A stretch of 64,000 nucleotides of DNA from Squalus acanthias (Eukaryota): positions 127,846,001-127,910,000 of the forward strand of contig CM059431.1 of NCBI GenBank assembly GCA_030390025.1, written 5' to 3'. The notes below the pieces were generated by a model. That model was not told where the DNA came from. It ran no database searches and was given only the letters and a program-made list of their open reading frames with translations. Positions 23,724 through 36,008 of the stretch are shown piece by piece. Numbering within the stretch: position 1 is the first letter of the stretch; each line of letters begins with the position of its first letter. The position numbers and the translations under genes are program-made.

Positions 23724-25030
23724 ATGGAACGAATTCTAGTATTGCTCGCGGCAATCGGATGTGGATTGGCCTATCGAGGCCGCACCAAGGATGTCGTGGT
23801 GTTTGGATGCTCCGGGGACACGGCCCCCATCGCGGTGGATGGGACCGGAAGACGGGAGGCTGAGGAGACCACCACCTATTTCCACAAGGGAAGGTGGCCA
23901 GGATGGCTGGGAACAAACTCAACGGAGTATTCTAGCACATCGGGGTTTGCCTACCAAGAGACTTCTTTAATGTGCCCCAAAGTAAGGATCATCGCACCCA
24001 GAATCAGCGTCACTGTCGGCAAACGGATTTGTTTGACTTGTAATGGGAATGTCCCATTGAGCCGATGGTGGTGGCTGCGAAAGCTGAGCAAAAACATGAG
24101 GAACTCTTCGGTCGAGTGGGAACGACTGGGTAATAATACCCATCGGACAATTACGGGGACAAACGGACAAGTGAGAGTCTGTTGGGACAAATGGTGGGAA
24201 CCGGATGAGGGAATTTAGGTATGCATGTGGGGGTCAAAGTACGCTTGCCCCAAAGGCATCTCCATATTTTTCATTAACGAATGGCAGGATAACGGACAGG
24301 GGATGAGGTGGGATGCGAGCACCAGGGGGTGCGGAGCCCCATACTCTTCGATCCCGGTAAATGCCACTGAGCTCATTACGCGCTCACGCAAAGCCCCGCC
24401 CACGATTCCGGTGGTTCTAGCTGAAGAGGAAGGGTGCCCTAAAACTAGTAAGGGACCCGGGAATGGTTTGGTACTGGTCCCCACAGACCAGATACTATTT
24501 CAGGGGGTACATTACGCGGTGGCCTCGGTGATTTTAAATCTCACCGAGGTACGGTTACCAGAGTGGTGCCCCAAAAAGACGGAACAGTTGTATCAGGTCC
24601 TGTTGACCAAGATGTTCAGACAATTTTACGAATTCGATTTCGCGGAAATTGATAAAACAAGTTTGTACACCGCACCACATGAAGTTTTGGATCAAGTAGG
24701 GAGGCAAAGAAGGGGTGTAGTGAACGACGCGTTCACTGCTTTTAACACGGGTACATCTGTGGTCAACGCTCTAGACAGTGTGGAGCTGCAGACCCAGATT
24801 AATGGTTTAAAGACGCAATTAAAAGACATTCTAACAGATGAGAATAAAGTGGTTGGGTCGGGTTTACACGAGGACCAAGCCATGACTCTCCATTTAAAGG
24901 AAATTATAGCAGAGTTAGAGAAACATGCGAAGACGGTAAATGCCCTGATTAGAGAAGATCGGAATGCATCCGATCAAGCTGCGCAGAATGAGGTGTGTGT
25001 GCTTTACGGGGCGTGGTTACTGGGCATTTG
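23724..25030 (+). pseudogene. env: env: signal peptide + Ig-like domain + class I fusion protein (paramyxo/pneumovirus-F-like); one in-frame TAG at 24216; C-terminally truncated
   Basis: Signal peptide MERILVLLAAIGCGLA; ORFs 23565-24218 and 24225-25160 share a frame; furin site RQRR (24702-24713) followed by GVVNDAFTAFNTGTSVVNAL and a heptad repeat; candidate splice acceptor ttctatctgatcacag ending at 23710. Confidence 0.8.
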
Positions 25031-25279
25031 GAACCTCCGGTGCACACGCATAGCCGCAACATTGGGTGCGTTGCGCGGTTCCGGTGGGGGCGGGACAGGG
25101 TTTAGGCTCCGCCCTCATGCAGTGTGCGTGCCCAGAAGGACGCAGAAGACCCCTTGCTAATAATCACTGTGCATATTTTATCTCTTCCAGGTTTAACCCT
25201 GGCCAGTCAAGTTTACTGAGCCTTGGGAAACCCGGCAGCTAAAGGGAGGCAAGGACGGCTGCGTGGAAGAGATGAATGG

Positions 25280-26670
25280 CCTTTATTACAAGAGGATTTG
25301 AGTATCAGAGTAAAGACATCTTACTGCAATTATATAGGGCCCTGGTGAGACCACACCTGGAGTATTGTGTACAGTTTTGGTCTCTTTGGCCCAGAAATTA
25401 AACATCGATGGTTCCCGCGGGGGTAAGGATTCCCTGCGATATTGCACTCCGCGCCTACCTTTTTGTTTCGGGCCCACACGAACTTCAGTTTCAGGGCCTC
25501 TCCCTGTTGCCAGCGTGCAGTGCTTGCGTGTCCCAGAGGCGCAATTAGTTCATGCGAGCTCTGGGATCACGTGATTCAGTTAGAGCCAATGGCAGCACAC
25601 CATCTTTCATTCATAGTTTTGACAGCAAGGGCTGTCAAAGCTATGAATACTACAAGCCCCCAAAATAACAGCTAAACCTCAGTCAAATTATAAAAAAAAG
25701 CCATCACATTAATGAAATAACTATAGTTAAATAAATTAACCACTTTAAACAAAAAATATAATTTTTGAAAAAATTTAAAATCTTTTTAAAAGTTATAAAA
25801 ATAAACTTACCTTTCTTTAAAGTCTCTAAAAAAGATAAACCTGTTGAAAAAAAATTAAAATAACACTTAATTAACTACTTACCTTGTTAAAAGGGGGTCC
25901 TACGCCTGCTTTCTTTATGTGTAAAATCTTTACCACTTACCTGCGCGTTCAAACCTGAAAAAAAAACTAAGTGCACTGCGTGCGCGCAGCCTGTAGCGCG
26001 CACGCGGTTCACTTAGGAACCATCCCCTTTGCAATACACGAAGTGCCGGTTTCCCGCGCATGCACAGTGCATGCAGGAAACCGGCAATTCTGGAACTAAT
26101 ACGCGAGAGTACACAGTGCGTACTCTCGCGTATTAGGTCTAATTTTCGGGCCATTACCTAAGGAAGGATATACTTGCCATAGAGGGAGTGCAATGAAGGT
26201 TCACCAGACTGGTTCCTTGGATGTCCTATGAGGAGAGATTGAATAGACTCGTCCTATATTCTCTAGAGTTTAGAAGAATGAGAGGTGATCTCATTGAAAC
26301 ATACAAAATTCTTACAGGGCTTGATGGGGTAGATGCAGGGAGGATGTTTCCCCTGGCTGGGGGGTCTATAACCAGGGGTCACAGTCTCAGAATAAGGGGT
26401 CGGCCATTTAGGACTGAGATGAGGAGAAATTTCTTCACTCAGAGGGTGGTGAATCTTTGGAATTCTTTACCCCAGAGAACTGTGGAGGCTCAGTCGTTGA
26501 GTATATTCAAGACAGAGATCAATAGATTTTTGAATATTAAGGGAATCAAGGGATATAGGGATAGTGCGGGAAAGCGGAGATGAGGTAGAATATCAGCCAG
26601 GATCTTATTGAATGGCGGGGCAGGCTTGAAGGGCCAAATGGCCTACTCCTGCACCTATTTCTTATGTACT
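25280..26670 (+). mobile_element. CR1 3' fragment split by a MITE
   Basis: [13 protein letters not shown]… and ORF 26221-26583 (LYSLEFRRMRGDLIETYKI); CR1 tail. Confidence 0.88.
25388..26152 (-). mobile_element. Harbinger MITE family A, copy 2
   Basis: TIRs ggcccagaaatt / aattttcgggcc; nearly identical to 61517-62277. Confidence 0.9.
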
Positions 26671-27211
26671 TAAATGCTTTTTCAGCACTGCTTGTGGGCC
26701 AGGAGGAGCAGGAGTGCTTGCCCCCCAAGCAAACTTACTACCATCATTCCATGATTGGATCACCCTGCCAGAATCGCCGAACTCTCCTCCCACAAGATCG
26801 CCGACCCCCCTCCCGATATTGAGTTAAAACACCACAGCGTGTGGGGATACCCGGATTTCTGAGTTTCCCGACCACAACTCCCTGCCCTGCCCTCTCCCCC
26901 AGGCTCTGAAAACCCACCCCAGTCAAGATCAGGGCCAATGGCTTTAAATCTGCTACGAAAGTAAATTGTTACTTAACTAATATTATCCCATTTTACACCA
27001 GCTATCTGTAAATGTTTAGAAACAGGGATCTTTGTTTGGAGGCCTCTCCCCTCAATTCAGGACACAATCTTTGGATGTTTCTTCTTTCAGTAGGTCTGGA
27101 GCATGCTTGCTCTCCAGTTGGATAGCTAGCTGTATTTATTCTTTTTTGAATAATGCAAAGTTCTGCCAACCTAGACAGTCTTATCTGATCTTGCTTAGAG
27201 CAGATGTATAA

Positions 27212-29330
27212 AGGGAGAAATTGGTCCTGGTGACAGTCATTTCCTAGAAGGAAACCATGGGCAAATAGCACTAATTTGGGGGCGAAACAACCCCAAGGGC
27301 ACCGGAAAAATATCCAAGCCCATTCAAGCGACATTCAGGTATACCTGGGGTGGCAGGTAAAATAATAATGATAATAACCATCCCTCAACGTGCAGCTGGT
27401 GTGTAACCACAAGAAGGAAATTTTGTATGTTTGCGCCAAGTACCCTGGCAGTTGCCATGACTCGTTCATCCTGCGGCAGTCTAGTGTGCCTCCGCTCTTC
27501 AGTCCGCCAAACCAACTTTGCGGATGGCTAGTTGGAGACAAGGGCTATCCCCTGAAGACGTGGCTAATGACACCATTCAGGAGGCCATTCAACGAAGCTG
27601 AGGAGCGCTACAACTCCAGCCACATTTCGACCAGATCCATTATCGAGCAAATCATCGGCTTGCTGAAGATGCAATTCAGATGCTTTGATAGATCAGGTGG
27701 AGCCCTGCAGAACTCAGCAGCCAAGGTATCCAGAATCGTCGTGGTCTGCTGTGCACTTCACAACATGGCACAGCATCGTGGCTTGCAGCTGCCTGAGGGA
27801 CAAGTGGCTCAGTGCATAGCCTCCTCAGATGAGGAGGAGGAGGATGAGGAGGAGAGTGAGAACGAAGACCTTGCGGAGGCGCATCAACCAGCGGCAGTAG
27901 CACGCGAGAACATTGCTGCCCGGGATGCAAGGGATGCACTGATCTTGGCCAGATTTGCTTAGGCTGCCCAATCAAACACATTTGGCTCGCACCTTCTTAC
28001 CACACCATCGACAATGGACAAGAACCTGTGGCTTCCTATCACTCTGACCACCATACTGACAAATCCAAGTCGTCCTGAGCCCTCAATGTGGAATTTCCAT
28101 TTGCGAAATGACACAGCCCACAACTTCAACAGTTTGCCATCACTTCATTTTATAACATTCAGTAAAGGATGGCATTTCACAATTAAACACAACAGAACAC
28201 TCAAGTAACTACCCTTGTGACTACTTGTGCTTTATCTTCCTCTTACGCGTGCTCCTACATGGTGCTTCCACTGTGGCTTCAACAGATGTGGAGGCCCCTT
28301 GCTCACTTTCATGCTGCTTCTGCCGCGACACCTTTGGCGGGTGTCCTCTGGGGTTGCGAGCCTGTGAGGGCTCGCCAACAGTCTGCTGCTCCTGCGGCTG
28401 TGCAGGGGCTGAGATGCCCATCTCAGTCGGTTGAGGACTCTGGTGGGGCTCTGACCGAGGGCTCCGCAGTGGCATGCGAGTGTGAGGGCTTGGAGAGGAG
28501 CCCCCACTTCCTTGTTGTCTGCCACCAACATCCCTCTATTGGGTCAGACCGACTTCAGAGCTAGCAAGTGGCTTGACAGCACCTTGCTGCACTTCAGGGG
28601 GGCCATGAGGACCCATTTCTGAACTGGCAGTCCTACTCCAGAGGACTTCCATGAAGCTCTGGTTTCTCTGCTCAATAGCTGCAGAGATGTCAGTCCAATC
28701 TGAACAATTACCATGTTTTCAAGACCTTGGCGACTTAGCTCCTCCATGACCGTAGCCATTCTCTCCTCTACCGTAGCCATCCTTTCCACGGAGGTTGCCA
28801 TCCTTTCCGTGGTGATGCATTCAAGCGCCAATGCCTCTACAAAGGCTCTGCTCATGTTAGCGATGGATTCCTCCATCCTCTCCACACTCGCAGTGACCCT
28901 GGAGACAAAACCTGCCAGAGACTCCTGCACCTGTTCCTGGAGTTCCATCACCGCTCTCCTCCTGGATGGACCCAGAGGCACAGGGTCGACATGCAGCTGA
29001 GCCGAGCTGGGAGCACCCTGCGGCCTCCGACGAGGACTCTCCACTGCTGTCCCTGTCTCCACCATCTGCTGATGCTCACTTGTGAGCTGTGATACACCAG
29101 TTGACAACACTACTCTATGTCCCGAAGGTTCCACCGAAGTTTGAGTGTCTGCGCTGGTGCTGGGTGCGCTTAATTCTGATGACGCTGCACCCTCAGAGGT
29201 TGTAGCTTCCTCTGAGGAGTCTGGGGGCTCAGGCTCTTCTTCCTGGACAGTGGGGAGGGTGGCTGTCGATGGTCCTGTGGGGGAGTAAAGGAAAGAGTTA
29301 GACATGTGATATAAACGTCTAATTGCCTGC
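27212..29330. mobile_element. Internally deleted Harbinger: transposase C-terminus (+, ~27380-27962) and last Myb-gene exon (-, ~28221-29275)
   Basis: SLNVQLVC…[11 protein letters not shown]…[10 protein letters not shown]…CCALHN; convergent low-complexity/coiled-coil ORF ending RSTRKRKIKHK; TIR-like gggagaaattgg at ~27212. Confidence 0.85.
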
Positions 29331-30519
29331 CAGAATGGGTAGGGATTAGAATTCACAGTGGGAAATCTATAGAACTACTCTACAAATGCCTTCTAATCCA
29401 AGTATCACCAGTTTGATGGAGATTGAAGTTAATAGAAGAATCAATTTAGTATGATTACTTTGATTTCCTTTAGCTATTCTTGCTGTGATACACCCCAGTT
29501 TCCCATTGCAGGTTTTTGATCTCCACTTCGTTTCAATTTCCAGAATTATAGTCTATCGTTTTTGCAGTTACTTGAATCCTACATCAAACAGTAACTGTAA
29601 ACGTTTGATATGGTATTAGTTAGTTGTGTATTATTTTCCTGCTATTCCCCTTTTGATTACCAAATAGAATACCAAATGGAAATGAGTGACTATTGCAAAA
29701 GTTAGAGTAAAAGCAAGATGGGGGCTGAATTTCCATGATGGTTTTCCCACTCGACCTCCATAACTTTGCAAGAAGAGCAGAGGTAACCCTGGAAAAAACA
29801 ACATAAATACCATTTACACCGTTTTCCCAGGGTTTATGTGACTCTTCAAAGCCTCCATCGAAGATATAGCGGTCACGCAGAGGAACCCCTGTGGATATTC
29901 ACCTCCAATATATCATCATTCCACAGCAGCAATCAATGGCAGGGATTACAGTTTGGTAGTCCTTGCTGAATGGAGGGCAGCACATTATGCTGAAAGTCCT
30001 CAGGAAAGCTTTTCCTCACATCACCCTCTGATGTCAATTATTATAAAATAGTGAAAGTATTTTCTCGCATGCAGCATGAGACGGGAGTGCTGCAGTCTGG
30101 GACCGTTAGTACAGGGAGTCACGACATGTGGGATCAAGGCATTGGTTGCATATTGTGGAGTTCTGGAGGTACACTGGTCTGGGTTGATTGGGGAGAGGTG
30201 TCTTAGTTTCCTGGATGATTGAGGGGGTTAGGGTGTGGAACTATTGGGCTGCAGCGATGTGGTAGTGCTGGGGAAGGTCTGGAGACTGGTAGCATTTTGG
30301 GGGGAGTGAAAAAGAATGAAGGATATACAACTTCATGAATTCCTCTCTGCAGAGTGTGCAAAAGTGCTTTACCATCTTAGTGCTGGAACAGCCTTTGTGA
30401 AACACTAACTCCACCAGAGAAAAGGCTTTTCCAGGAATGATCCAAGAACCTGCTTAACGGTTTGTAAGCAATTATTGTTTTTAAGTTCTTTAGAGTGGGG
30501 GAAAGGCACAGGCGATCGG

Positions 30520-30870
30520 GATGAGAGAGAGGAAAGAGCTAGGTGGTGGAGAAGGCCTTGGTGAGTTACTGCAGTGCATTCTGTAGATAGCACACACTGC
30601 AGCCATGGTACGCTGCTGGCGGAGGGGGTAGATGTTTAGGCTAGTGAATGAAGTGCCAGACTAGCAGACTGCTTTGTCCTGGATGGTCTCGAGCTTCTTG
30701 AGTGCTGTTGCAGCTACACCCATCCAGGGAAGTGGACGGTATTCCATCACAATCCAGACTTGTGCCTTGTAGGTGATGGAGAGGCTTTGAAGAGTCAGGA
30801 GGTGAGCCATTTGCTGCAGAATACCCAGCCTCTGACCTGCTCTAGTATCCACGGCATTTATGTGGTTGAT
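30520..30870 (-). mobile_element. CR1/Zenon-like LINE fragment
   Basis: RAGQRLGILQQ…YKAQV…LKKLETIQDKA. Confidence 0.8.
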
Positions 30871-30928
30871 CCCGCTGACCTCATTGACCAGAAACACTAA
30901 TTTTAAAATAACAAATATTGAGAACAAT

Positions 30929-32596
30929 TGTAGAATTCGCAATATTATCGCGATTTTATAAATAAGGAGGAGACACATAGTTTCGTACAAACAGCTTTAT
31001 TTGAGCAGAATGCTGTCAGGTTTTCAAAGTGGACACAAGCAGCCTGTGAAATGGCCGCCACGCCTCGTGGCAGAACGTTCTAGACTTTTCGATAAGCAGA
31101 CAAGATGGCGTTCCAATAAACATTTGTGTGAGATCGGACAAGACTCAGCACATTTGAGATAAATCACAAGACATAATGGGTTTGCATTTTACACATAAAT
31201 ACTGGAATCGGTCTCCCAGGTGCGAATAAGGGCTATTGTACCGAGCGATCAAGAACCCATCCAAAGACATTAATATGCAAAATCCCCACGACTCTACGAT
31301 GAGAGAGCCGTTTGCGGGTAGTTACAGAAACATTTGGAAGCCCCAAAAGCCCTCCAGGGAGAATACTGACCGGTTACACAATGGGAGAAGTATTAACGGG
31401 TACTCAGGCAGTTACAAGTATCACCGAAACCCATTAAACGGAGATCACCCTATACAAGAAGTTTGGGCGCCAAAACCCTGACAAAAGAAAAGACATTAAG
31501 ATTGGGCGGGAAAAGAGGAATTACAGCACTATAACTGTAAGGTACAACCGTCCATCTGTCTCTTGACTCTTGCATCTGCCTCTTGACTCTTGGATCCTGA
31601 CTCTTGCTGCTCGACTTGCTAGAAGACTTTTGAACTTTCTGATCCGCCAGGATCAACCTCGTGGCTTGCCGCGAAGATCTGTGAAGAACTGGGCTGTGAG
31701 GCCTTGAAACGGGCACACCATCCCGAGAAGTCGGTAAACGGTGTTGGAACCGAAGGCCCGAGATGAGATGAGATGAGATGAGATGAGATGAGAAGAGAAG
31801 AAGACGACCATACGTATCGCCACGGTCAGTAAGCCCCGACCGCGCCTGTAGGTCGAATAAACACTTTCCTTGCCCAGGAAGACTATTCTTTGAGTTTTAC
31901 AAACTGGCGTGAGGGCACAGGAAGACCATTCTTCGAGTTTTATCGCATCGGGGCGAGGGCACAGGAAGACTATTTTTCGAGTCGTGTCGGAACTCCGAGG
32001 ACAACACAGATCTTCATGACAGCAGACGGTCCAGCCTGCTAGCCGGAGCAGAAACGAGTAAACAAGTGGGGTACAGAGACCCCTGATCAACACATGGGTG
32101 GTCAGGTGCTGCAGGAAAAACATCCGAGCAGAGTTTCGGAATTCTCCGAGTTATCACGAGTGGTGAGCATGAGTCTCGATCCTACAAATCTAGTTTAGGT
32201 CAGGTATTGATAGGGGAGGGTTTAAGTTTTAAGGATAATTATAATGTGTGTCCCCTTTTACGATGTGTCGTGCGCTCCTCGTTTCCCTAAAATTAGTTAC
32301 ATAACTGCGTGTAAGATTGTACTGTCATTAATCTGTGCTTATGACATGTATTTCGTAATCTTGAATAATATGCAATAAAGATTTTCCATTTCGCACTATT
32401 CAACCGGGTCTACCTGAGTTTTCTCTGCATTATTGCTCTCGCACCTAAGTCCAGTGTCAGAACCGTAAGGGCAAGTGGGTCGAACCACTCACAGGTGTCT
32501 AGTGCTACCAGGCTGGCTGGAGACCAGAACAGGCAACAAGGCCTAACCCCGCACTAGCACCCAGGCTACGCACAGAGCCGCAGGTCACCCCTTACA
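30929..32596 (+). repeat. Solo LTR, same family as 18739-20459
   Basis: TG…CA ends; 4-bp TSD CAAT on both sides (30925-30928 and 32597-32600); no PBS after it and no PPT before it. Confidence 0.92.
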
Positions 32597-32884
32597 CAAT
32601 GATAGTCGATATCAAAGGCATTGTAGGAAAACTCTGAAAAAGCATGAAAAGTCACAGCTTTTCTCTAAAGATTGAAGTGTGATGAGAACACAGCCACCTC
32701 TTCCGTGACAAATTTGTAATATTGCGCTTGCTTTTCATGAGTCCAACAGTGTGCTTGATGTGCTTTAATGTAGTATACATTTGTTTTCACAGGGCATGTA
32801 AGTTACTGTATGGGTTATTCGGTTCCTCAACGACCTATCAAATATTTGTGGCTCTCCAATAAAATAGAATATTGCACATTCAAT

Positions 32885-34343
32885 GATTTTCATAATATTA
32901 CCAACTTGTCTCAGAAGAGGTAGTGTTCTCATCACACTTCACCTCACCCCCTTGGAGGAGACGGTGCAGGCCAATCTTGGCAGGGGCATGGCTGAGCCCT
33001 TGGCCAGTGGCGGGGCTGAAAGGATACAAGATGTTGGTATCCTCATACGTTATGCTCCTTCTGGCATGCACCTCATGCTTTCCTGCCCTCCCCTCACCAT
33101 GACTCCACCCTTGTGCCTTCCTCATTTCACACCCCCAAGAAATGCAGCCTGCCCAGCCAGTGATTGATTAAGAAGAGGGAGAGGAGAGTGAAGAAGAGGA
33201 AGAAACACTATCACTCGATTTCATACTCCAAGCCACCAGCTCCTCAAGGTCGACCAGCAAGGCCATTTGCTGTGCCCCCATTGAAAGTCAGCAGCCTTCC
33301 ACCAGCCATACTCCAGCCACTGAGGTACATCAGGAGGATAGGCAAAGGCACACACAAAACAGTCACTAAGGGAATGCATATGGGTGATTAGTTGATTTGG
33401 TGATGTCATATTGGATGGATAGATTTATAAATTTGGATTAGAAAGTTTGCTTTGTGGTGGCTTTTATTATAGCATTGTGGCCAAGAGGACACTGTGATGG
33501 TCAGTAACAGAGGGAAGGTAAGATGTGAACAAAAGTTTAAGAGGTAATTGGGGTTGTGTTCACTGGTACCGCAGGTGGATGATCTCATCCAAGATATCCC
33601 AGCAGAAAGGGACTGTCTGGTTTGCATCCTTCCTTCTGCCAGCTCCTCTGCGGCTTCCTCCTCTTTGGCTTCCTCCTCTTCTACTTCCTCCTCTTCTGTG
33701 TCTTCCTCTTCTGTGCCTTCCTCTTCCCTCTGTGAGCAGATGCTGTAAATCTGAAATAAAAGCAGAAATTGCTGTAAATACTCAGCAGGTCAGGCAGCAT
33801 CTCGACCTGAGAGGTGAACTCTGTTTCTTGCTCCACAGAGGCTGCCTGGCCTTCTGAGTATTTGCAGCATTTTCTGTCTTCCCTGAGTCCATCCTTTATC
33901 ATCCGAGGCCTTGCAAGCATCCAGCAGCACTCCCTGCACACTTTAAAAGCTTTTAACATGTATTGCACCAAACCCTTACCTCAATAAAATATAAAAAATC
34001 TAATCCAAAAGCTTAAACGCAAATTTACCTGAAAGATGTGTGTGTCCCTTTAAGAAGCGCTGACAGCGTTTTTGTCAGTCTGCTGCATGCTCGCTTTTCA
34101 AACTCAGCGCAAAGTTCCAAATTCGCAGAGTGTAATGTTTTGTTGGCGTTGCACGCTGACTGACATCACACTCTCCATATTTGCATGTCCAGGTCCAGCC
34201 CTGCTATTGGCAGCGCTAAGGCCCTCACCAAAATGGCGGTCACCAAGTCCCGCACCAGAGGCGGAATTTAGAGTGGCGGCCGCCATTTTTTTCCCAGGAT
34301 TGCGGTGCAAATGGGTGGCTGTAAGTAGCCCAATTTCTGGGCC
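32885..34343. mobile_element. Decayed non-autonomous Harbinger element
   Basis: Myb-exon-like remnants, an acidic tract on the - strand, right TIR caatttctgggcc; contains a Penelope-type palindrome at 33735-33880. Confidence 0.5.
33735..33880. repeat. Penelope-like palindromic terminal repeat remnant
   Basis: gctgtaaatactcagcaggtcaggcagc … gctgcctggccttctgagtatttgcagc inverted repeat, homologous to 56113-56825. Confidence 0.55.
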
Positions 34344-34509
34344 AACATTCCTGTAGAATGACAATGATTTCATTCTTTCCTGGTTGATTGCAAGAGGATA
34401 GCCATCCTATTGACCGTATGGTTGTTTGTTAGGCCAAAATAGCAACTTTCTAAATGCCCTCTGTCATTATCGATAACAATAAGGATAGTTGGCTCATTAA
34501 TACATTAAG

Positions 34510-35194
34510 GGGGAGAAATTCCCCTCGAGGGCCATTTGGGGCACTAACCTTTTCAAACATTTGAAAATTTCCATGTTTTGCTCCAAGAGGGAAGTGGAGC
34601 GCTAAATCAAGCGTTCCACTTGCCTCTTGGAGCGCAAGAGGCTGGGAATGTCCTGATCCAGGGCGATGTGCTCAGTAGCACCATGTGTGGCGCTGCCGCG
34701 TTGCAGGGGCTCTTTCCTCAATTAAAGCTCCCTGCTGCGAGCTCCGCATTTTTTCTGGCATCTGCTGGAGCACGTGGGTGTGAGAGTGCTGCGCGATGAG
34801 TGTCGGGCTGACCGATCGCAGCACTCAGCCCATGTCCGGTTCTCAGAAAAAGTGTTTAAAAAAAAATCGGCAATTTTATTCATGTTGGTCAGCCACCACG
34901 CCTTTAAATGGCGTTCCGCGAGCGGCCTGGCCTCACTGTTCGCGACCCCTGCAGCAGTCGGTAACATCGCCCGGCGCTGCTGCGGGGCGTGAGGGGGAAT
35001 TTTTCTCCCGAGGCGCTACCGGCGCGCTGCGTCCGGAGATGACGTCGTCATCTCCAGGCGCAGAAGATCGGGGCGATACTCGGTAGCTCCGCCGCTAACT
35101 TCCCACGGAATTTCGCGGGAGGCGCGGGTCGAGGGGGGCGAAAAGCCATTTGTGCACCGTTAGCGCCTCCCACTAATGATGGGAATTTCGCCCC
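34510..35194. mobile_element. GC-rich Harbinger MITE related to the autonomous element at 38561
   Basis: TIR ggggagaaatt / aatttcgcccc; agtggagcgctaaatcaagcg is the reverse complement of a near-identical stretch at ~42589-42609. Confidence 0.75.
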
Positions 35195-35504
35195 TCAGCC
35201 TCCTCTCTCATCACTGCGGCCTGCTGTATCCCTGCTGCACCCCATGGTTTACATTTAATGATTGTGCTTGAACAGAATGTGAACCCCTGAGGAGCATTCA
35301 CGTTGTTTTAAAACACAACCGTTAAACATAACTCATTCTCAAATTCTCTCAGTGTGAAAAAAATGATGAAAAATTCCACAACATAGCACCATCTAATATC
35401 CTTTTACAAAAATGAATGGTCTCTGTTTCACCAACAGTTTGTGGCAGAGATTTGACTCTGAACTTCTGCAGAATTCTCCTGATCTTCTGCCTTACTTTTG
35501 GAAG

Positions 35505-35672
35505 AAAATGAGAAGTCGCACAACACCAGGTTATAGTCCAACAGATTTATTTAAAATTACAAGCTTTCGGAGCTATCGCCCCTTCCTCAGGTAGAGTTAC
35601 AATGGAAAGATACAGGTAGAGTGCGACTTCTCATTTTTGTCCACCACAGTCCAACGCCGGCATCTCCGCATC
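35505..35672 (-). repeat. Penelope-like terminal repeat with minimal hammerhead motif (35557-35594, - strand)
   Basis: Homologous to 51583-51810; minus strand reads ctac CTGAGGA a ggggc gata gctcc GAAA gctt gtaa. Confidence 0.7.
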
Positions 35673-36008
35673 ATTACTTTTGGAAGAACAGCATAAAGGC
35701 TGTTTACACCGTTTCTCTGGGGGTTCCATTGATCTTTCGCCAGAGAACCCCTCCAGAATTCCAGGCATTTGCTTCTAATTTTTCTTTTAATTCTTTTTTG
35801 GATTATCTTAAATTTATGCCATCTTGGTACAATCTTGCAGATCACGATTGACCTTGACATCACCCTTCATAATCTGGAAGACCTCTACAAAGTCATCCCT
35901 TAATTTCCTCAGCTCTCATGAACAAATCATAACTTCATAACTGTAACCACATATCCCTAGTAACATCCTACTGAATCTAAACTGCACCGTTTCCAATCCT
36001 TTATTAAA

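Larger units (their letters stand above)
18739..25030 (+). mobile_element. Pol-less endogenous retrovirus-like LTR element (lokiretrovirus-like): 5'LTR-PBS-gag-ORF2-env, 3' truncated
   Basis: TG…CA LTR, tRNA-Arg PBS, gag with CCHC knuckle, env with signal peptide, furin site and heptad repeat; no protease, RT or integrase motifs. Confidence 0.85.

Noticed and set aside
25030..25280. C-terminal 43 aa of ORF 24225-25160 as the true Env C-terminus
   Set aside because: No transmembrane anchor in frame; the sequence changes character and runs into unrelated repeat fragments, so it is probably a deletion junction.
18739..32596. Treating the two LTRs as the 5' and 3' LTRs of one 13.9-kb provirus
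   Set aside because: The second LTR has its own CAAT TSD and no PPT, the flank before the first LTR (cctc) does not match, and the two are visibly diverged.
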